Source: Bdellovibrionales bacterium
GTDB taxonomy: Bacteria; Bdellovibrionota; Bdellovibrionia; Bdellovibrionales; CAYMLA01
Length of the DNA: 64,000 nucleotides
Assembly: GCA_965217115.1 (NCBI GenBank)
Contig: OZ244239.1
Coordinates: 1,024,001 to 1,088,000, forward strand
Direction of reading: 5' to 3'
Shown piece by piece: positions 58,119 to 64,000 of the stretch. Within the stretch, counting starts at the first letter, position 1. Each line of letters starts with the position of its first letter. The notes under the pieces are model-generated. The model did no database searches. It was not told the origin of the DNA and saw nothing but the letters and a program-made list of their open reading frames with translations. The translations under genes were made by a program, and so were the position numbers.

Positions 58119-59729
58119 TTACATTCGAAAGACGCCCTGACCAGGGTCTGTCCACTCACTATTATAGCTAGCGCGAATTCCCATCGCAAGCACTCGACGA
58201 GTGTCCTTAGGGTCTATAATTCCATCATCCCAAATCCGAGCCGTAGAATAATACGCTGAACTTTCCTTAGCGTATTTCTCCAATGTCGGCCCTTTAAAGA
58301 CTTCTTGCTCTTTGGCTGATAAACTCTTTTGCCCTCTCTTTGCCAACTGATCTTGCTTAACAGTCAGAAGAACATTCGCCGCCTGCTCTCCACCCATGAC
58401 AGATATTCTCGCATTAGGCCACATCCATAACTGGCGAGGTTGATACGCCCGACCACACATACCGTAATTACCTGCACCATAAGAACCCCCTATCACCACG
58501 GTGAACTTAGGCACACGACAATTACTCACAGCCATAACCATTTTAGCTCCGTCTTTGGCAATACCACTGCTTTCATAATCCTTACCAATCATAAAACCCG
58601 TTATATTTTGCAAAAAGACCAAAGGAATGTTTCGTTGATTACACAGTTCAATAAAATGTGTCACCTTCAAGGCGCTCTCTCCAAAAAGAACACCATTATT
58701 GGCCACAACCCCCACGGGATTTCCCCAAATATGCGCAAACCCCGTGACAATGGTCTTTGCGTAGTTCTCTTTGAACTCGTGGAAACGACTGCCATCAACA
58801 ACACGAGCAATCACCTCCCGTACATCAAAAGGAGTTTTGGCATCTTTAGGGATTACACCATAAAGTTCTTCAACATCGTAATTCGGTTCAACAATAGGTT
58901 GAATGTTCGCCCTTGTTTTTTTTTCTCGATTCGTATGGGCTAAAATACTACGTGTGATCCACAGAGCCTCTTCATCATCTTCAGCAAAATGATCCGTCAC
59001 TCCACTTTTTTCGCAATGAACATAGGCACCGCCCAATTCTTCCGCCGTGACTTCCTCTCCCGTCGCTGCCTTAACCAAAGGAGGGCCACCAAGAAAAATA
59101 GTCCCACTCCCTTTAACAATCACATTCTCATCACTCATTGCTGGAACATAGGCGCCCCCTGCAGTGCAACTTCCCATAACCGCAGATATTTGCGGGATAC
59201 CCTGGGCCGACATTCGAGCTTGATTGTAAAATATTCGCCCAAAATGGTCTCGATCAGGAAAAACCTCCGATTGCAAAGGTAAAAAAGCTCCACCACTATC
59301 GACGAGATAAATACAGGCAAGGCCATTTTCTAAAGCGATCTCCTGAGCTCTTAAATGTTTTTTGACCGTCATCGGAAAATAGGTTCCACCTTTGACTGTG
59401 GCATCATTGGCTACAATCACGCACTCCACGTCCGAAACGATCCCAATACCTGTAATAATCCCAGCCCCTGGGGCCGCCCCATCATACATCTCCCAAGCCG
59501 CTAAAGTTGAAAATTCCAAAAAGGAACTCCCTTTATCCAACAACTGATTAATTCTCTCTCTGGCCGTAAGCTTTCCTCTCTTACGATGTCTTTCAATAGC
59601 CTCAGAACCTCCGCCGTTTTTCACTCGCTCGATTCTATCACGCCACTCACCTACAGTCTTTTCCATTGCTTTTTTGTTTTCACAAAAGCTCTGGCTTTGA
59701 TTCTCTAACTCAGACTCGATGGATTCCAT
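58119..59729 (-). CDS. liuB: Methylcrotonyl-CoA carboxylase beta (carboxyltransferase) subunit
   Basis: [37 protein letters not shown]. Confidence 0.92.
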   Translation of the reverse strand: MESIESELENQSQSFCENKKAMEKTVGEWRDRIERVKNGGGSEAIERHRKRGKLTARERINQLLDKGSSFLEFSTLAAWEMYDGAAPGAGIITGIGIVSDVECVIVANDATVKGGTYFPMTVKKHLRAQEIALENGLACIYLVDSGGAFLPLQSEVFPDRDHFGRIFYNQARMSAQGIPQISAVMGSCTAGGAYVPAMSDENVIVKGSGTIFLGGPPLVKAATGEEVTAEELGGAYVHCEKSGVTDHFAEDDEEALWITRSILAHTNREKKTRANIQPIVEPNYDVEELYGVIPKDAKTPFDVREVIARVVDGSRFHEFKENYAKTIVTGFAHIWGNPVGVVANNGVLFGESALKVTHFIELCNQRNIPLVFLQNITGFMIGKDYESSGIAKDGAKMVMAVSNCRVPKFTVVIGGSYGAGNYGMCGRAYQPRQLWMWPNARISVMGGEQAANVLLTVKQDQLAKRGQKSLSAKEQEVFKGPTLEKYAKESSAYYSTARIWDDGIIDPKDTRRVLAMGIRASYNSEWTDPGQGVFRM

Positions 59730-59918
59730 AAACGCTCCTTACACACTCTCAAAGGGAACTGGACACAGCCTAGTTGAACCCCCCCCATACAGGCAAGAAA
59801 ACACATGCCCGACAGTGCTAAATGCACTGAGTTAAACGTTTGCTTTTACTGATATTTGACGAAAGACACAACTCCCTCTAGGGTAAGAACTAACTCCATC
59901 ACTTAATTTGAGGTTGGT

Positions 59919-60338
59919 ATGAAGCTGATCAGTTTAGCTATTTTTTCAAGTGCTCTTTATTGGACATGGGGACTTATTCATCCCCTCCCCCTCGTGCATC
60001 CCGATATTCAAGATGCTATTCAAAATCAAATTCAAATTATCATTACTCAAGCGGTAAAAAAAAGACACCAAGATGCAATCGATATCCAGTTCATTCATAT
60101 CAACTCAGATTCACTGAACCAAAAAGAAATTCTTGTGACTTTCGATTACGAATTCCGTCGTCCCACAATCGATGGGGACGCTCAAGGACATACCAGATCC
60201 CAGATTCAAGGAAGCGTAAACGTAACCCTCTCCAAAGCCAAATACAATTCTCTGCCACAATGGCAGTTGCAGAATATCGAAACGATCTCCTCCCATGTTG
60301 AGTTTGAGAAAGGCTCCGAAATCACCATTAAAAAATAA
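59919..60338 (+). CDS. Hypothetical exported or membrane-anchored protein
   Basis: GAGG RBS, hydrophobic N-terminus, TAATG coupling to the next gene. Confidence 0.65.
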   Translation: MKLISLAIFSSALYWTWGLIHPLPLVHPDIQDAIQNQIQIIITQAVKKRHQDAIDIQFIHINSDSLNQKEILVTFDYEFRRPTIDGDAQGHTRSQIQGSVNVTLSKAKYNSLPQWQLQNIETISSHVEFEKGSEITIKK

Positions 60339-61396
60339 TGTCTGATATTCAAACTAAAAAAATACAGTTCTTACAAATGTCTCCAACAGGATATCTTTAC
60401 AACGGAGAGGCTGAAATTCCCTCTACCGCAGGACTTCATTTACTTCAAAATCTCAAACGGGAGGAAAACAATGTCTACACGACTTTCCACAACGACAAAA
60501 AATTTCTCATCGAAGCCTATGACTATCCATTAGTCGCTATTGATGTTTCTCCCATTCAAGACTCGCAACCCAATCAGTGGACAGCCACTGGCGCTTACGG
60601 CCACCAATGGGAATTTGATTTAAAGCAACTACGATTAGATTCATGGGATCGTTTTATTGCATTTAATTTCAATAAAATACCCTTTGTTTTTAGTTCTCAA
60701 GCTCAGGATATTTTTTTCTCTGCCCTTGACGAGTTCACCGATGATACTCTCACTTATCGTGGACAGAAATTTTCTGTTCCCGATTGGTTCATAGATACAA
60801 AAGAAGTCGAATCCTCTAAACACTGGTCCTCTATCTATCAAGATGAAACCCCTGGATGGGAACTAGAGCAAGCCTCGCCTGTCATTACAAAAAACCTCCA
60901 ACGTCTTAAATTAATTAAATCTCATATTGTCGTTCTTGGCTGCGGCTCTGGCAATGATGCTGCCTACCTAGCTCAACAAGGTCACATCGTAACAGCCATT
61001 GATTTTAGCTCTGAAGCTATCTCTCAAGCCAAAGAAAAATACGCTCATATAGACAATTTGAGTTTTATTCAAAAGGATGTTTTTAACCTTCCTCAAAGCT
61101 ATAACAAGCGATTCGACCTCATTATTGAGCACACATGTTTTTGCGCCATTAACCCCATAAAAAGAGAGAAACTCGTTCAAATTTGGCATGAACTTCTCCG
61201 TGATAATGGACAACTTTTTGGTGTTTTCTTTGTCTCACCTCAAAATCAAGGCCCTCCATTTGGTTCCACAGAGTGGGAAATGGAGAAACATCTTAAAAAA
61301 GGCTTTCAATTCCTTCTCTGGGAAAGGGCTAAAAACTCACAGGGTCAACGCCAAGGTAAAGAACTTTTTATCTTAGCGCAAAAACGCACAAAGTGA
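60338..61396 (+). CDS. TPMT-like class I SAM methyltransferase with an N-terminal extra domain
   Basis: TPGWE, VLGCGSGND, IDFS, EHTCFCAINP, GPPFG. Confidence 0.85.
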   Translation: MSDIQTKKIQFLQMSPTGYLYNGEAEIPSTAGLHLLQNLKREENNVYTTFHNDKKFLIEAYDYPLVAIDVSPIQDSQPNQWTATGAYGHQWEFDLKQLRLDSWDRFIAFNFNKIPFVFSSQAQDIFFSALDEFTDDTLTYRGQKFSVPDWFIDTKEVESSKHWSSIYQDETPGWELEQASPVITKNLQRLKLIKSHIVVLGCGSGNDAAYLAQQGHIVTAIDFSSEAISQAKEKYAHIDNLSFIQKDVFNLPQSYNKRFDLIIEHTCFCAINPIKREKLVQIWHELLRDNGQLFGVFFVSPQNQGPPFGSTEWEMEKHLKKGFQFLLWERAKNSQGQRQGKELFILAQKRTK

Positions 61397-61458
61397 TCTC
61401 TATTAAAAAACACAGCTCATTTGCCCAAATCGAAAAAAGATGGTATAGCTCTTTCTAA

Positions 61459-61831
61459 ATCGGTTAAATGGGTAGTCGCTGGTTGAAGATGGTTTTCATT
61501 TTTAACGAGAGGAAAGTCCGGACTCCTTATGGCAACGTAAAGGGTAACTCCCTTCCACCGTGAGGTGAGGACTAGTGGAACAGAGAGAATGTCCAGGGCA
61601 TTGAGCTTGAGGCTGGGAACAGGAGGCCTTTTGGGAGCTGCTGGAGTGAAAACAGCTAAACTCTACGTGGAGCAAGATCAAATAGGAGAGCGCTTTAAGC
61701 GCAGCCAGCGTAAGGCTCTCGGGTAAGATCGCTTGAAGAACTGGGTAACTGGTTCTCTAGAGGAATGGCTACCTCGCAAAATGACTTGCCATCATTTTGT
61801 AGGACAGGATCCGGCTTATAGTTTAACCGAT
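61459..61831 (+). ncRNA. rnpB: RNase P RNA
   Basis: GAGGAAAGTCCGGACTCC, GAGCAAG..CAAATAGG, ACAGGATCCGGCTTA; P1 ends ATCGGTTAAAT/GTTTAACCGAT. Confidence 0.96.
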
Positions 61832-61926
61832 GTGGCTTTTTGTGGGGGCGTCTCTTATTAAGACGTCCCCTTCTTTTTTAGCGGTTCTCTGTTATTTATG
61901 GAAATCTCTATTTTATAGAATCGACT

Positions 61927-62517
61927 CTATTCTCTTTCCTGGGTTTCACTGTCTAGAATTTCACTGTCTAGAATTTCACTGTCTAGAATTTTACTGTCTA
62001 GGGCTTCATTGGCCAAGCGATCTGCCTCCCTATTGAGCTCCCTTTTAACATGTTCATAACTCACCTTCTGTAATTGCCTCTCTAACTCCTTGGCCTTAGC
62101 AAACAATGGCTTAATTCCCTCAGCCTTAACTCTGTACTCTCCGATCATCTGCTTCACCATAAGTTGACTATCTGCCTTTAAAAAAACTTCTCTAGAACCA
62201 AACTCAATTGCCATCTCAAAAGCACGAACCATCGCCATATACTCAGCATAATTATTCGTCTGCACCCCTATAGCTTCTGAGATTTCTGCCACAAGCTGAC
62301 CCTGTTGGTCTAAAACATAGACACCTAAAGACGATGGACCAGGATTTCCTCGACAAGCTCCATCGGTATAGATCACAACAGTTTCGGGCCATTGCCCATG
62401 ATTTAGCTTCTTTTCACCTTTTCTGAAAATCTCAATCACCTCTAAAATATCGTTCCAAGAACAATCAGAAGACAATTTTTCTATAGATTTTAAAACTCGC
62501 TCTTTAATCGTATTCAT
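61927..62517 (-). CDS. rnhA: Ribonuclease HI
   Basis: YTDGACRGNPG, TNNYAEY, DSQL, HVKRELNREADRLAN. Confidence 0.93.
   Translation of the reverse strand: MNTIKERVLKSIEKLSSDCSWNDILEVIEIFRKGEKKLNHGQWPETVVIYTDGACRGNPGPSSLGVYVLDQQGQLVAEISEAIGVQTNNYAEYMAMVRAFEMAIEFGSREVFLKADSQLMVKQMIGEYRVKAEGIKPLFAKAKELERQLQKVSYEHVKRELNREADRLANEALDSKILDSEILDSEILDSETQERE
61944..62001. repeat. 15-bp coding repeat, 3 copies plus a variant (LDSEI) at the rnhA C-terminus
   Basis: TTTCACTGTCTAGAA units. Confidence 0.92.
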
Positions 62518-62629
62518 ACAAAATATTCCAAATCGCTACCATCATTAGGCCATTAACAAGATGAGTATCTCCCTTGTCTCTTATAAAGTCAGCACTATAA
62601 ATAATTTTATCTCTACTCTTTGTAGCCAT

Positions 62630-63337
62630 TTAGAATGTCGTTTCAATAAAATGCTTTAACTTATGAATCACCTTCTCTGGAATCTCATGCTCTCCAACAA
62701 AAGATTCAAATTCACCCCGACAACCACACTCTATCAAAGTTTTATAAAAAAATTCCGCATCTTGATGGGATAAAACAGGGTCCCTCTCTCCGTGGCTTTG
62801 AAAAAAATTTATTTTTTTCTTTTCTGCCAACTCTGGCCATTGCTCCTTTCCTAGAAAGGCCCCTGACAAAATAACTAGGCCAGCAAAATCTTCAATGCTA
62901 TTTAAAGCAATATCCGTGGCTAACATAGCTCCCTGACTAAAACCACCAATAATACAATCCTGAGGACTTATTTTCATCTCTTGCAAAGAGCGAAGAAAAC
63001 TCTCTCTCACAGAGACAAGCTTCTTAGGCACAGGGCCCGAGTACTCCCTATAGCTTCCTTCCATCATTGCTTTTTCTAATGCCGCAACATCAAGAGGGAA
63101 CCACGCTCTACCCATCGGCATACCTGGAATACTTAAACCCCCTTCAGGAAAATACCAGTTTCCAACTTTAGATGATGACAATATTCTATGGAGAGAAAAC
63201 AAATCATAGGCATTAGCCCCATAACCATGGAATAAAATGACCGTTTTACTCTCGCCCTCCTGTTTTTCATGCCCCTGATGGGAACAGAGCGCTTTTAATT
63301 CACCAAAGGGCTCTAAGTTTTTAACATAATTAAACAT
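62630..63337 (-). CDS. Phospholipase/carboxylesterase family protein
   Basis: FHGYGA, RAWF, GGFSQG, HGERD, GEHEI. Confidence 0.9.
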   Translation of the reverse strand: MFNYVKNLEPFGELKALCSHQGHEKQEGESKTVILFHGYGANAYDLFSLHRILSSSKVGNWYFPEGGLSIPGMPMGRAWFPLDVAALEKAMMEGSYREYSGPVPKKLVSVRESFLRSLQEMKISPQDCIIGGFSQGAMLATDIALNSIEDFAGLVILSGAFLGKEQWPELAEKKKINFFQSHGERDPVLSHQDAEFFYKTLIECGCRGEFESFVGEHEIPEKVIHKLKHFIETTF

Positions 63338-63366
63338 TTAAAAAAACCTCTCTGTTTTTTTTCTCG

Positions 63367-64000
63367 TTACATTCCTCTAACAAGACGACCTTTTTCAATC
63401 TCACTGACTTTATCAGCCAAGAAATCTAAATCACGTCGATCATGGGTGATTAAAATCGTAGGGATCTTTTCCTGCGCAATCACTTTTTTTACCAAATTAC
63501 GTGCTTCCCCTTTCAAGCTTTCATCCAACGCTGAAAAAGGTTCGTCTAAAAGTAGTAACTGCGGACGAGCGATAATCGCCCTAGCCAAAGCCACTCTTTG
63601 CCTCTCTCCCCCTGACAACACAGACGTGGATCTTTGCAAAAAAGATTTCATATCTAAAAGCTCTGTCAACTCCCTCAAACGATCTTGAGCCTTTTGTTCG
63701 GGGATTTTTCTCGCCTTTACAGCAAATAAAATATTCTCCAAAGCTGTCATATGTGGAAACAACTCCAAAGACTGAAACACAACACCCAATTTTCTCTCTG
63801 GACTTTTTAAAACAGCTAAATTCTTTCCTTTATAGCTCCAGCTCATTTCCTGACTTTCATCCAAACCAAGTAAAATCCGAAACACACTGGTCTTTCCCGA
63901 ACCACTCGGCCCCCATAACGCTGTAACGCCCTCGTCAAGAATCTCCCAACGGGGAATGTCCACCACAAATTGGCCATAATTTTTATAAAGCTTTTCGACT
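63367..64000 (-). CDS. ABC transporter ATP-binding protein, 5' partial
   Basis: GPSGSGKT, LSGGERQR, LLDEP, ITHD; frame runs off the window edge. Confidence 0.92.
   Translation of the reverse strand, partial: VEKLYKNYGQFVVDIPRWEILDEGVTALWGPSGSGKTSVFRILLGLDESQEMSWSYKGKNLAVLKSPERKLGVVFQSLELFPHMTALENILFAVKARKIPEQKAQDRLRELTELLDMKSFLQRSTSVLSGGERQRVALARAIIARPQLLLLDEPFSALDESLKGEARNLVKKVIAQEKIPTILITHDRRDLDFLADKVSEIEKGRLVRGM

Noticed and set aside
61830..62036. Plus-strand ORF with FHCLE repeats
   Set aside because: Antisense shadow of the rnhA 15-bp repeat

Overview
A 64-kb chromosomal window from an AT-rich bacterium whose gene content resembles Bdellovibrionota/deltaproteobacteria (taxonomy inferred, not searched). 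It is mostly housekeeping: coaBC-coaX-panD, pgpA-cinA-recA, recX-alaS-mutY, dinB, a DEAD-box helicase, pcnB, tatA, transketolase, coaE, addAB, a liu (leucine/methylcrotonyl-CoA) operon, flgM-csrA-fliW, rnhA and RNase P RNA (rnpB). No CRISPR array, transposase, prophage, tRNA or rRNA was recognised. Most notable: (1) an inverted-repeat-bounded composite element (homopyrimidine microsatellite, five hairpin-rich ~132-bp units, a fold-back) that replaces the 3' end of panD, and a second fold-back element at 46.9 kb; (2) a five-gene module linking an orphan binding protein and a TorS-like kinase to a partner switch; (3) a secreted protein-glutaminase-like Cys-His-Asp enzyme; (4) a secreted prepro-peptide with a Cys-clamped hydrophobic core; (5) signs of deletion: flagellar regulators without the hook-junction genes, and an unannotated rsmE C-terminal relic; (6) an AlaDH-fold enzyme with a large insertion and an upstream palindrome; (7) AddB lacking most Fe-S cysteines. 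All calls come from motif recognition by eye.
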